From Candidatus Latescibacterota bacterium (GTDB taxonomy: Bacteria > Latescibacterota > UBA2968 > UBA8231), in NCBI GenBank assembly GCA_965243025.1, contig CBDETY010000003.1:1568001-1632000 (forward strand): a stretch of DNA of 64,000 nt. The letters are read 5' to 3'. Position 1 is the first letter of the stretch; every line of letters begins with the position of its first letter. Shown piece after piece: positions 26,470-35,920 of the stretch. A model generated the notes under the pieces. That model was not told the origin of the DNA, did no database searches, and worked only from the letters and a program-made list of their open reading frames with translations. The translations under genes and the position numbers were made by a program.

Positions 26470-28686
26470 TCAGGTCAGCTGCCCACGCAGGGCGGCCACG
26501 ATGTCTCTCATCACCCGGGGGTCGGAAAGCACGGACCGGTGGCGCTGGGGCAACCACAGCTCCCAGCCACCGGAATAGGCCTTGTACCGGCTCCCTGCGA
26601 TCTTTGCCGAAGCGGGGGAAACCACCGGATCCCCATCGATCCGGAAGCAGGTGGCGCGATCGGCCATTGCGTGGAATCCGGGGTTTTCGAAGAAGCCGCT
26701 GCCGGGAGCGAGGTCGGCCAGGAGCCGTGGAAACCGGCAGCCCGGCCATTTCGATGCAACCGCCACCCACGTTCCCCGAAACGGAGTCGCCAGCGCAAAT
26801 ACCCGGTTCCGGCAGTTCTCGCGGGCGTGCTGAACCGCGACCAGGCCTCCGAGGCTGTGCCCGACGTAATCGGCTTCCGCACCGGGGGGAACCGGTACAT
26901 GCGCAAGGAGCTCTGCCAGCGGTCTGTCCTGGTTCAAATCCGAAAAAACAACCTGGGTCTCGGCGTTGGTGAAGCAGCGCCCCAGTGTATCGAGGAACGG
27001 TTTCCAGCTCTCGGCGCTGCTGTCATAACCGGGCAGGAGAACGAGGGGCCGGGAAAGGGGTCGGGGGTCGGCGGCGAACCGAGCCAGGTCCTTCCGGGCC
27101 CGGTCCCGGTCCGCCCCGTGTCTTCGACGGGCGATTGCGGCAGCAACGGCCAGTCCCAGCGCGCACAGGAGCAACAGGACGTTCCCGTGGCGTACGTAGA
27201 AGGTCGCCGGAGCCGGTGACGGAAGGGTGACGTCAATGGCCGTTGTTTGAAACAGTTCCGTAGCCGCCAGAATCCTTCCATCGGGGGCGACCGCCCCGGA
27301 GATCCCGGTGTTTGCAGCACGCACCAGAGGTAGCCCGCTCTCCACGGCGCGGACGGCAGCCATTGCCATGTGCTGGTACGGTGCGGAGGTGTAACCGAAC
27401 CATGCGTCGTTGGTGGTGTTGATCAGCAGGTTGGCCCCGTCAAGCGCAAGGGTTCGGGTAATCCCGGGGAAAATCGATTCGTAGCAGATGAATATGCCGA
27501 GGCGGAGATCCCCTTCCGGCAGTGCCAGTGCCCGATGCGAGTCCCCGTGTGTGAACCGCCCGCTTTCGGCGGTGAGCTGATCGAGGTAGGAGAACAGCTG
27601 CGGGAGGGGCAGGTACTCGCCGAATGGAACCAGGTGTACCTTGTCGGCGAAATCGATGAGCTCTCCCCTCCGATCCATCAGGAAGGCCCGGTTGTAGATC
27701 GGGTGGCCGGGATCTCCTCTTCGGCCTTCGAGGCTGCCTACCAGGATGGGAGTATCCAGTTGGCGCGCCAATCCCGAAACCCGCTCCCGGTACTCTTCGA
27801 AGAACGGGTCGGTCAGGTAGTAGGGGAGGGCGGTCTCGGGGAAAACGATCAGGTCGTAGCGTTCACCGGGGTTTTCCGCCAGGAAGTTCCGCGTCAGTTC
27901 GATGTAGTGGTCGGTGGTACGCCGCTGACGGTCCTCCTTCCACTTTGCGTCCTGGGGAATACTCCCCTGGATAACAGCCACCCGAGCGTGGGAGGCGGAT
28001 GGTTCGCCCGGGATCGTCGCCAACCGATGATTGCCATAAGCAACGAGGCCCACCATCCCTATCAGAACCGGACCGGCGCAGAACGACAGGCGTCGCGGTA
28101 CCAGGATCGCCTGGGTTACAGCGGAATTCACCAGGACCACGGCGAAACTCAGGCCGTAGATTCCGGCGACGGATGCGAACTGCAGCACGGGGAGGTTCCC
28201 ATGCTGGGAATACCCGATCTGCTGCCAGGGGAAACCGGTGAGGATCCAGGACTGGGCCCAATCGAGCAGAACCCATACCGACGCGGCCAGCCAGCTGAAG
28301 AAGGGACTTCCCGACGGCAGGGACCGGCATATGAGAAAGAAGAGGGCCGGATAAAGGGCCAGATAGAGAACGAGCGCGACGGTCGATGCCAACGCCTGGA
28401 TCTGGTTGAGTCCGCCGTAGTTTTCCAGCGTCTCCGCAATCCAGTAGATGCGGCCCGCACCTGCTGCGATCCCGCATACGAGGCCGGTCAGGAACATCCT
28501 GCCTGCCGCGAGTGGAATGCCCTGTCTCAAGCCGCACAGAAGTGCGGGCACGAGACAGACCCATGCGAGGAGACCGATGTCGATCGCTGGGATGCTCAGG
28601 GAGTAAAGCGTCCCTGAACACCCCCCTGCAACGAGAAGAATCAGGAGTCTCGGGACGCGTCGCTCCCCGAAGCCCTCCCTCCTCAC
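26470..28686 (-). CDS. lnt: Apolipoprotein N-acyltransferase fused to a C-terminal alpha/beta-hydrolase
   Basis: TGFPW, IQGSIPQ, triad FPET / KVHLVPFGEY / ICYE, TNDAWF, RAANTGIS; then LLPGY, GHSLGG, ATPFRG, GDPVV, RH. GTG start overlaps the upstream stop (GTGA). Confidence 0.92.
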   Translation of the reverse strand: MRREGFGERRVPRLLILLVAGGCSGTLYSLSIPAIDIGLLAWVCLVPALLCGLRQGIPLAAGRMFLTGLVCGIAAGAGRIYWIAETLENYGGLNQIQALASTVALVLYLALYPALFFLICRSLPSGSPFFSWLAASVWVLLDWAQSWILTGFPWQQIGYSQHGNLPVLQFASVAGIYGLSFAVVLVNSAVTQAILVPRRLSFCAGPVLIGMVGLVAYGNHRLATIPGEPSASHARVAVIQGSIPQDAKWKEDRQRRTTDHYIELTRNFLAENPGERYDLIVFPETALPYYLTDPFFEEYRERVSGLARQLDTPILVGSLEGRRGDPGHPIYNRAFLMDRRGELIDFADKVHLVPFGEYLPLPQLFSYLDQLTAESGRFTHGDSHRALALPEGDLRLGIFICYESIFPGITRTLALDGANLLINTTNDAWFGYTSAPYQHMAMAAVRAVESGLPLVRAANTGISGAVAPDGRILAATELFQTTAIDVTLPSPAPATFYVRHGNVLLLLCALGLAVAAAIARRRHGADRDRARKDLARFAADPRPLSRPLVLLPGYDSSAESWKPFLDTLGRCFTNAETQVVFSDLNQDRPLAELLAHVPVPPGAEADYVGHSLGGLVAVQHARENCRNRVFALATPFRGTWVAVASKWPGCRFPRLLADLAPGSGFFENPGFHAMADRATCFRIDGDPVVSPASAKIAGSRYKAYSGGWELWLPQRHRSVLSDPRVMRDIVAALRGQLT

Positions 28687-29009
28687 GACTCGAGGTAGTC
28701 GGCGATTGGAGTACGGATTTTTTCCAGCGCGGAGCGCTCCAGAGCGGCAACGACTTTTCTGTCCATTTGCAGCTTGGAGGCGACCTGCCCAGGGGACTTC
28801 TTGTGCTGAAAGCGCAGCTCGACGACATGAAGCTCGTCTCGAGTGAGCTTGCCGAGTGCCTCCATTACCTGCTGTCGCAATTCCTGGCTTTCGACACGGT
28901 CGAGAGGGGTCTCGGGAAGAAATTGGGCCAGAAAACGTTCGTCCAGACCGACGCGTTTGGGCTTCCCCACACCGGCTGGATGGTCGCTGATGCGGCGGAA
29001 TGGACTCAT
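28683..29009 (-). CDS. Stand-alone sigma-70 region 4 (HTH) protein, 108 aa
   Basis: ALGKLTRDELHVVELRF...GQVASKLQMDRKVVAALERSALEKIR matches the sigma r4 pattern; no region 2. Confidence 0.75.
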   Translation of the reverse strand: MSPFRRISDHPAGVGKPKRVGLDERFLAQFLPETPLDRVESQELRQQVMEALGKLTRDELHVVELRFQHKKSPGQVASKLQMDRKVVAALERSALEKIRTPIADYLES

Positions 29010-29070
29010 GTGCTACTGGAGGGGGAGAGCGAAAAGCTCTCTCGTGCAATCGGTTGGAGGGATGGCTTCA

Positions 29071-29107
29071 AATAGATAGGGAGTCGAAGGCAGAGCCGAC
29101 GACTCCC
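29071..29107 (-). terminator. Probable intrinsic terminator after tRNA-fMet
   Basis: GGGAGTCG/CGACTCCC stem (29079-29107) followed on the minus strand by TATCTATT. Confidence 0.55.
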
Positions 29108-29113
29108 GAAAAA

Positions 29114-29190
<77 letters not shown>

Positions 29191-29201
29191 ACACACTTCC
29201 A

Positions 29202-29230
29202 AATATACTCGACGGAGAACCCGGATGCAA
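29202..29230 (-). promoter_or_regulatory. Sigma70-type promoter for tRNA-fMet
   Basis: TTGCAT-17 bp-TATATT, ending 11 nt before the mature 5' end. Confidence 0.7.
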
Positions 29231-29254
29231 CACGCCTCTGGCGGACACCCATTG

Positions 29255-30589
29255 CTACCTGTGGGCTGGAACCTCCTCCTGCCCGCCGACCTCACTGGCA
29301 ACTGGCACTCGTTTCATTTGCACTCGGGCAATTCGCTGTCCCTCGACCTTGAGGATCTCTATGTCCAGCCCGGGAATCTGCAGGATCTGTCCCTCATCCG
29401 GAACTTCCCCGAGGTGATCGTAAATGAACCCCCCGAGGGTGTCGAAACCGTCGCTGGGAAGATCGCTCTCGAGGATCTCGTTCAACTCGTCGATGTTGAT
29501 CCTCGGGTTGACGATGAGGATATCTCCCGAACGCCACTCGAACAGCGCTTCTTCCGCATCGTATTCGTCCTGGAGTTCACCCACGATTTCTTCGACGAGG
29601 TCTTCAGTGGTGACCAATCCGGCCGTGCCGCCATATTCGTCAACGACGATTGCCAGGCGGGTTCGCGCGACGCGCAGGTCGCGGAGCAGCTCGTCGATCT
29701 TCTTTGTTTCGGGGATGTAGTACGGCTCATGTGCGAAGGGCAACGGCTCAGACCCGCCCCCTTGTTCTTCCATCAGCTGGGCAACCGACATTTTCATGCC
29801 GATATCCCGGCGGTGAACGAGCATTCTCAGGAGGTCCTTTGCATAGACGATTCCCCGGATTTTGTCCAGCGACTCTTCGAATACCGGCACCCGCGAGTGG
29901 CCCTTCTCCTCGATCAAGCGAAGCAAATCCCCCAGCGATGAGGAGATCTCTATCGAGGTGACATCGACCCGGGGAACCATTACCTCCCGGACCACGCGAT
30001 CGTGGAAGCCGAAAACCCCCTGGATCATGTCGCGCTCGGTTTCCTCCAGTACGCCCGTTTCCTGTTCGGAGTCGACTATGTTTCTCAATTCCGCCTCGCG
30101 CGCTTCCTTGAATTCCTCCCCCGAAGCATCGCTGCGTGAAACCCTTTCTACGAGACGGGCCGGAACGCAGAGAAGCAGGTGAATGGGTGCGAAAAGCAAC
30201 GCCAGGCCAGGAATCCTCGCCTCCTCGCCATCCTCTTCGAAACGAACCCTCCGGGCCAAACCGGCGACCAACGCAAGAAATACCGATGCGACTCCCGCCG
30301 CCGGGACGGTAACGGGTTCAGGAAGTGAGAAGGACAACAGGAAGTGGGTGATTGACACTGAAAGAATGACGACGCCGAGGGTCTGGCCGATCCTTGCCAT
30401 GATGTGGAGCAGGTGCCTGGGCTCGTGGATGCGGAGCATGATGGCCGCCCGCCGTACGCCGCTCTCGAGCATGCGCTCGAGGGATGATCTGGAGAGGGAA
30501 GTGAAGGTCGCCTCGTAGGATGACAACGCGAAAAGGCCGATAAAGGCCAGCACGACCAGTACTGAAGCAGCTATTTGTGGGGGTTCCAA
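29255..30589 (-). CDS. corC: HlyC/CorC family CNNM-CBS transporter
   Basis: N-terminal TM domain, VREVMVPR, HSRVPV, VVDEYGGTAGLVTTEDLVEEIVGE, DTLGGF. Confidence 0.92.
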   Translation of the reverse strand: MEPPQIAASVLVVLAFIGLFALSSYEATFTSLSRSSLERMLESGVRRAAIMLRIHEPRHLLHIMARIGQTLGVVILSVSITHFLLSFSLPEPVTVPAAGVASVFLALVAGLARRVRFEEDGEEARIPGLALLFAPIHLLLCVPARLVERVSRSDASGEEFKEAREAELRNIVDSEQETGVLEETERDMIQGVFGFHDRVVREVMVPRVDVTSIEISSSLGDLLRLIEEKGHSRVPVFEESLDKIRGIVYAKDLLRMLVHRRDIGMKMSVAQLMEEQGGGSEPLPFAHEPYYIPETKKIDELLRDLRVARTRLAIVVDEYGGTAGLVTTEDLVEEIVGELQDEYDAEEALFEWRSGDILIVNPRINIDELNEILESDLPSDGFDTLGGFIYDHLGEVPDEGQILQIPGLDIEILKVEGQRIARVQMKRVPVASEVGGQEEVPAHR

Positions 30590-30598
30590 AAAGGCGGA

Positions 30599-31081
30599 CT
30601 ACTCCTTTCGCGCAACACTGCCGGCCAGGACAGTCTGGGGGGTTTGGCTTGTCAACACATCGGTCTCCGACTCCATGAAAACCAGCTTTTCCGGGGTATC
30701 GTGATCGAAACCGGCAATATGGAGGAGGGCGTGAACCATCAGGCGACCGATTTCCTCAAGCTCGCCAATTTTCATTTCCGCAGCCTGGGAGGACGCACGG
30801 TCTCTCGAAATGTAGATTTCACCGCGCACTCCTTCAATCGCAGCCAGGTTCTGGGGAGGGGTATCGCTTTCAGCGTAATTGAAAGACAACACGTCGGTTG
30901 TGCGGTCTATTCCCCGAAACGTCGAATTGAGCCGGCGAAGCTGACTGTCATCGGACAGTATCAGGTTGATGTCGCCATCGATTCGGTGGCGTTCCATCAC
31001 CCGCTCCGCCAGCTGTTCGAGGTAGGGACGAACCGAAGGAATGAATTCAGGTTCGTCGAATTGGCACAGGATTCTCAGCAT
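30599..31081 (-). CDS. ybeY: rRNA maturation RNase YbeY
   Basis: LNSTFRGIDRTTDVLSF, GEIYIS, HALLHIAGFDH. Confidence 0.95.
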   Translation of the reverse strand: MLRILCQFDEPEFIPSVRPYLEQLAERVMERHRIDGDINLILSDDSQLRRLNSTFRGIDRTTDVLSFNYAESDTPPQNLAAIEGVRGEIYISRDRASSQAAEMKIGELEEIGRLMVHALLHIAGFDHDTPEKLVFMESETDVLTSQTPQTVLAGSVARKE

Positions 31082-33374
31082 TCCTCGCTTCCTTGCGGTC
31101 CCCTTTTTTCTGCCACGGATACTCAAGACGCCCGTGCAGGGTTCCCATCAGAACCGGAATGAAACTCTCCTCAATTCGGTGAAGGTCTCTCAGGGTAAGG
31201 GGACATTCATCCAGTTCCCCGCTGGTGAATTTCTGTTGAACTATCTGGCGAACGAGTTGCCTGACGCGGTCCGGGGTGCGTTCGCTCAAAGTCCGGGCAG
31301 CGGATTCGACCGAGTCGGCCAGCATCAGAATGCCCGCTTCCCTGGTCTGGGGTTTCGGCCCGTCGTAGCGAAAATCGTCGCGGCGGACATCCCCGACTCC
31401 GAGCTCTACGGCGCGGGTGTAGAAGAACTCATGAACCGTGGTTCCGTGGTGTTGAGGAATCAGATCGATCAGTGCTTTGGGAAGCCCGTGTTCCTCCGCC
31501 AGCTCGATCCCGTCTTTCACATGTGAGTCGATGATCAGCATGCTCATACTGGGGGTCAATTGATCGTGGGGATTGCGGCCACCTTGCAGGCTTTGATTCT
31601 CGGTGAAGTATTCCGGTTTCAGCATCTTGCCGATGTCGTGGTAGTAACATCCTACTCGCGCCAGCAGGGGATTGGCGCCGATCGCCTGCCCGGCAGCTTC
31701 GGACAGGTTGGCCATTATCAGGCTGTGGGTATACGTGCCCGGCGCTCGGATGGCCAGCTCCCGCAGCAGGGGGCGATTGAGGTCCGACAGCTCGAGAAGG
31801 GTAATGTCTGTGGTGATGTGGAACAGGCTCTCGAAGATTGGGAGGAGACCCTGAATGACGATTGGCGCCGCCAAGCCTGTGAAAACACCGGGAAGCACAT
31901 GACCGTAGATCTCCTCGTTCGGAATGAACCTCAACAGGTCGCTGCCTGCAATCAGAAGGCAGTACGAGGCCGGAAGCAAAATCATGGCCCGATAGAACTG
32001 ATTGCGGTGGCGGACGTGCCTGACCGCATGGACGGAAACGGCCGAGGTGAGAGAAAGAACCAGGGTGACGTAAAAGTCCCCAAACAGGCTGCCGATGAAT
32101 AATGCCAGCAGAAACGAAACCACAAGCCCGATCTGTGGGCTCAACAGGATGGTCATCAGCATCGCCGCGAGGGGAGTGGGCACAAAATAGGTCTGGATTT
32201 CGTTGGCGTGGATGTAGGCGGCGATAGCGGCAGTCCCCATTGAGATCAGGGCCAACAGGGTCAGCTTGGCGGCACTTGCGTATATCTGCGGCTCCTGGGT
32301 CGCCAGGTAATTGCCGAAAATCAAAAGCAGGAATGCAGCAATAACGGCAGCGGAGAGTATCTGCAAATAGCGGGTTGTCGGATGCTTCAACTCCTCGCTG
32401 GCGAACTGCCGGGCAAGCGCTTCCAGCGCTTCGACGTGGGTCGCATCCACCTTCTGATTCTTGTCGATGATCATTTCGTCGCGGAGATAGCGGCGCATGA
32501 TACTGGCCACACTGCGGCGCGCTTCGGCGCGCAGGCGGCCCGTTTCACTTTCGTCGACACTCAGATTGGGATAGACGAACAAAGCCAGGAGCTCGTGGAC
32601 AGCTTCCGCCACGCCACGTTCTTCAATCGGCTGGTACGACTCGATCAGAGACATCAGCTCTCCGCGCTTCAGGTCGCTTTCGCTGTGCAGCAGCTCGATC
32701 GAGAAGGGGGTCTCGCCTACGCGAACCTGATCCGTGACAGCCAGGATATCTCCCTGTTTACTGGAGATGACGCCAGTGGAGTAGAGGTCGGTCAGCAACT
32801 GAACCCAGGAGTGTTGCAGGAGGTCGAGTGAATCGGCCGCAGTCGAGGAAAACAGGGATATCAGCTGCTTGAGAGAGGTTTCCGAAAGCAGGGGCACAAC
32901 GCCCGGCAGTTCCCGTTGCAGACGGCGATACTTGAGCGAGTCGGGCATCTGCATGCGGCTGTTGGGCACCAGCACTGCCAACACCGAGTCGAAGCGGGAC
33001 AACTGCAGCTCCTTGACCTCGTCATGAAGCTGCAGGACCGTGGGCACGGTCTTTTCGGCTGAATTGCGTTCGATTTCCAGCTCTTCAGTGCTTTTTCGGA
33101 CGAGAAAGAGAAATGGGGCGTTTATTCGCTCAGGAGCTACGCTGCCCTCCCTCAGCTCGCTGATTCCGTGAGGTCGTTGGAACGGGGAGAGATAGGTCAG
33201 CAGGCCCATCACAGCGATAGCGAGCAGGATTCGAAACAGACGCATCCCACGCGAGGGAGACTGTATTCTCCCTGAGCGCGAGGGGGAGGTTGTGCTCGAG
33301 GTCCCGGCCCGAAAGCGTCGGAAGGTCGAAAAGAGATTCAAGACAGGTTCCCCGTTACCGGGGTCCCGGTGCAC
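31047..33374 (-). CDS. 7TM-HD phosphohydrolase (PgpH-like)
   Basis: Extracytoplasmic domain, 7 TM segments, LLELSD, APGTYTHS, YYHDIGK, QHHGT, GPKPQTRE, LADSVE. Start codon uncertain. Confidence 0.92.
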   Translation of the reverse strand: MHRDPGNGEPVLNLFSTFRRFRAGTSSTTSPSRSGRIQSPSRGMRLFRILLAIAVMGLLTYLSPFQRPHGISELREGSVAPERINAPFLFLVRKSTEELEIERNSAEKTVPTVLQLHDEVKELQLSRFDSVLAVLVPNSRMQMPDSLKYRRLQRELPGVVPLLSETSLKQLISLFSSTAADSLDLLQHSWVQLLTDLYSTGVISSKQGDILAVTDQVRVGETPFSIELLHSESDLKRGELMSLIESYQPIEERGVAEAVHELLALFVYPNLSVDESETGRLRAEARRSVASIMRRYLRDEMIIDKNQKVDATHVEALEALARQFASEELKHPTTRYLQILSAAVIAAFLLLIFGNYLATQEPQIYASAAKLTLLALISMGTAAIAAYIHANEIQTYFVPTPLAAMLMTILLSPQIGLVVSFLLALFIGSLFGDFYVTLVLSLTSAVSVHAVRHVRHRNQFYRAMILLPASYCLLIAGSDLLRFIPNEEIYGHVLPGVFTGLAAPIVIQGLLPIFESLFHITTDITLLELSDLNRPLLRELAIRAPGTYTHSLIMANLSEAAGQAIGANPLLARVGCYYHDIGKMLKPEYFTENQSLQGGRNPHDQLTPSMSMLIIDSHVKDGIELAEEHGLPKALIDLIPQHHGTTVHEFFYTRAVELGVGDVRRDDFRYDGPKPQTREAGILMLADSVESAARTLSERTPDRVRQLVRQIVQQKFTSGELDECPLTLRDLHRIEESFIPVLMGTLHGRLEYPWQKKGDRKEARNAENPVPIRRT

Positions 33375-33377
33375 TCC

Positions 33378-34355
33378 TTAACGGCATTCCGAATCGGAGC
33401 TGTTATCGTGGGTTTCGTAGGCCTTGATGATTCGTTGGACAAGTGGATTTCGAACGACATCGCGTTCGGTCAGGTGAACGAATGCCAAACCGGATACATG
33501 GTTCAGGATCCGGCGCGCTTCCACAAGACCGGATGGCTGGGAGCCGGGCAAATCCGTCTGGGTGACATCACCGGTAATGACCACTTTGGAGTTTGCTCCC
33601 ATCCTGGTCAAAAACATCTTCATCTGTGAAGCAGTTGTATTCTGGGCCTCGTCGAGGATGATGAAGGCGTCGTTAAGCGTGCGTCCCCGCATGAAGGCCA
33701 ACGGAGCAACCTCCACGATCTTCATGCTTTGAAACCGGGATAGACGTTCCGGCTCAAGCAGGTCCTGGAGGGCGTCGTAGAGAGGTCTGAGGTATGGGTC
33801 GACTTTATCTTCAAGGGCTCCAGGAAGAAACCCCAGGCTTTCTCCTGCTTCGACGGCTGGCCGTGCCAGCACAATACGGGAGACTCGCTTTTCCCGAAGG
33901 GCCGCGACAGCTGCCGCAACTGCCAGGTAGGTCTTGCCGGTTCCGGCAGGACCGATCGCAAATACTGCATCGTGCCCTTCGACCGCTTCCAGGTAGTGCG
34001 CCTGTCCAACCGTTCGCGCGACAACGGTCCTTCTGTACGTCTTGATTCCACTGTCGTTCCCGATTTCGGGGATTGGGGGATAATTGCCCGGGTCGATCTG
34101 ATCCTGAACCAGGAGAGTCTTTACTTCCTCCTCGCTCAAACGCGGATTCCTTCGGATTGATTCGACGACATATCCAAGCAGCCCCGATACGTGCTCAACC
34201 GACTTCCGTGGGCCGTTGAGGTGAAGATGGTCTCCACGCGCTACAATCTTGACCTGGGAGTTCCGCTCGATGGAAGAAAGATGCTCGTCATTTCTGCCGA
34301 AAAGAACGAGAGGGTCTATCTCCGCCAGGGAGATTTTCTTATTCAGGGTTTCCAA
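33378..34355 (-). CDS. phoH: PhoH family ATPase
   Basis: GPAGTGKT, RPAVEAGESLGFLPG, FMRGRTL, DEAQN, DVVRNPLV. Start approximate (TTG). Confidence 0.95.
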   Translation of the reverse strand: METLNKKISLAEIDPLVLFGRNDEHLSSIERNSQVKIVARGDHLHLNGPRKSVEHVSGLLGYVVESIRRNPRLSEEEVKTLLVQDQIDPGNYPPIPEIGNDSGIKTYRRTVVARTVGQAHYLEAVEGHDAVFAIGPAGTGKTYLAVAAAVAALREKRVSRIVLARPAVEAGESLGFLPGALEDKVDPYLRPLYDALQDLLEPERLSRFQSMKIVEVAPLAFMRGRTLNDAFIILDEAQNTTASQMKMFLTRMGANSKVVITGDVTQTDLPGSQPSGLVEARRILNHVSGLAFVHLTERDVVRNPLVQRIIKAYETHDNSSDSECR

Positions 34356-34558
34356 GCAGGTGGTGGATGGGGAGTCGGCCCCCCCATGGTGGAGGACAGG
34401 TGCGGAGTGGGAACTCTCGGAGGGACTGGAAGATAACGCACAAAGGGGTCCGAGCACCTGGTTCCAGGTATGCTCGAACCCCTGGGAAGATCAGGGCGTG
34501 GTCAATCGCTTCGGAATCCGACGACAATCGCCCTTAATGAGAAGATGTAGCCGGGAAA

Positions 34559-35371
34559 TCAGTTCGCAGGAACCTCCAGAACCTGGGCAGGAAAAATGAT
34601 ATTCGGTTCGACGATCTGCTCCATGTTGGCCTTGTAGATCTTGTGCCACATGGTGGCGTCGTTGTAAACCGCCGCAGCGATTTTCGAAAGAAAGTCACCC
34701 CGGGTAACGAGATAACTTCCTTCGGAAACGCCAAATGGAACCGAAAGCTTCTGTTTTGGATAGATCAAGTCCGGGTCGCTGATCTGTTCGGTATTTGCGC
34801 GAAAGATCCGTGGCCACATGTACGGGTCACCGTAAATCGTCTCGTCTCCGGCAATCGCCCACAGGTGATCCCCTTTTTCCACTTCGTATGTGATGGAGAC
34901 AATATCGCGGATCTGGAGATCGGAGATGAGAGTCTCGAGGCGGAGGATCATTGCAGCCATTTCAGGTATGGCACTGATCTTACTGGTCTTCAACTGCTCA
35001 ACCTGGGCAAGGACATCCTTGATTTCCCCCTGGTGGCGAACCAACTCTTCCGGGGCCAGGGAGGTCAGACCTTCCAGCTGGCGCAGCAGGAGGTCCAGTG
35101 TGTTGCCGAAATCGCTGATTTGGGCAGCAGTTGCGCCGACCATGCTTTGAATCTCGGCCATTATCCCCGCGATGTCGTTGTCGAGGGCGGCTACCTGCTG
35201 GTTCAGCGAGGCAATCTCGGCGTCCAGCTGTGCAATCCGTGAATTCGCAGCCTCCTGCCGCTGCTGATAGTCAGCCAGTTGAGCTTCGTATTCCTCGCGA
35301 GTCATTTTGTCTTGTGCAAAAGCATTTCCCGCCGACAGGATCAGGACAACGGCCAGCAATTTCTTCGTCAT
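34559..35371 (-). CDS. Secreted coiled-coil protein with two C-terminal LysM domains
   Basis: Signal peptide (AFA-Q), heptad coil, YEVEKGDHLWAIA...IYPKQKLSVP and YLVTRGDFLSKIA...IFPAQVLEVP. Confidence 0.9.
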   Translation of the reverse strand: MTKKLLAVVLILSAGNAFAQDKMTREEYEAQLADYQQRQEAANSRIAQLDAEIASLNQQVAALDNDIAGIMAEIQSMVGATAAQISDFGNTLDLLLRQLEGLTSLAPEELVRHQGEIKDVLAQVEQLKTSKISAIPEMAAMILRLETLISDLQIRDIVSITYEVEKGDHLWAIAGDETIYGDPYMWPRIFRANTEQISDPDLIYPKQKLSVPFGVSEGSYLVTRGDFLSKIAAAVYNDATMWHKIYKANMEQIVEPNIIFPAQVLEVPAN

Positions 35372-35458
35372 CTGATGACCTTTCAAATCAAGTCGTTGCG
35401 TCGCTTACCGAGTTTGGATGCTACAGTGTGTGTGGCGTTTCGACTGAGTGGTAAGGGG

Positions 35459-35737
35459 TTATTCTCCAGACATCCCTGCAAGTCCCTGGGCGGTACCCTC
35501 CCGTTTTTCCTCCAGTGCCTTCTTTTCAGCCTTTTTCTCGGCCACCTCGCGCTCCAACTCGGCTTTTTCGGCCTTTTTCCGGGTGACCTGCTGCTCGGCC
35601 GCCTCCGTCGCCTGGCGATTCTCTTCCAGCACCCCCAACTCTTTTTCAGAAGGGCCGAGTGCGCACCCTGCGGCCAGTGAGAGGACAAGGCCTGCGAGGA
35701 GAAGGGCACTTGGTTTTCGGAGTTTGCAGATAGTCAT
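35459..35737 (-). CDS. Small coiled-coil lipoprotein
   Basis: Basic N-region, hydrophobic core, lipobox LAAG-C, then an E/K/A-rich coil. Confidence 0.8.
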   Translation of the reverse strand: MTICKLRKPSALLLAGLVLSLAAGCALGPSEKELGVLEENRQATEAAEQQVTRKKAEKAELEREVAEKKAEKKALEEKREGTAQGLAGMSGE

Positions 35738-35798
35738 CTATTTTTTTCTCCAGATCTGCTCGGGAGGCTCAAATTACCGGTCGCTACGTGCAGGCCAC

Positions 35799-35827
35799 AA
35801 GGTAAAAACGTCCAATGGGTATGTCAA
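35799..35827 (-). promoter_or_regulatory. Sigma70 promoter for the lipoprotein-LysM genes
   Basis: TTGACA-17 bp-TACCTT. Confidence 0.65.
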
Positions 35828-35920
35828 GTGGAGAATTGAAAAACCCTGTTCTTACAAAGGGTTACGCCAATCCGCGGGAGGTTGGAGAGCGAGGTGGGAT
35901 CGACTATGTCGGGGACAGAA

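Noticed and set aside
13531-26770. Antisense ORFs 13531-15150, 16411-18927, 19921-21501 and 24920-26770
   Set aside because: They mirror well-supported genes on the opposite strand and have no motifs.
28687-29049. N-terminal extension of the 859-aa lnt ORF
   Set aside because: It overlaps the sigma-4 ORF; the GTGA junction at 28683-28686 gives a better start.
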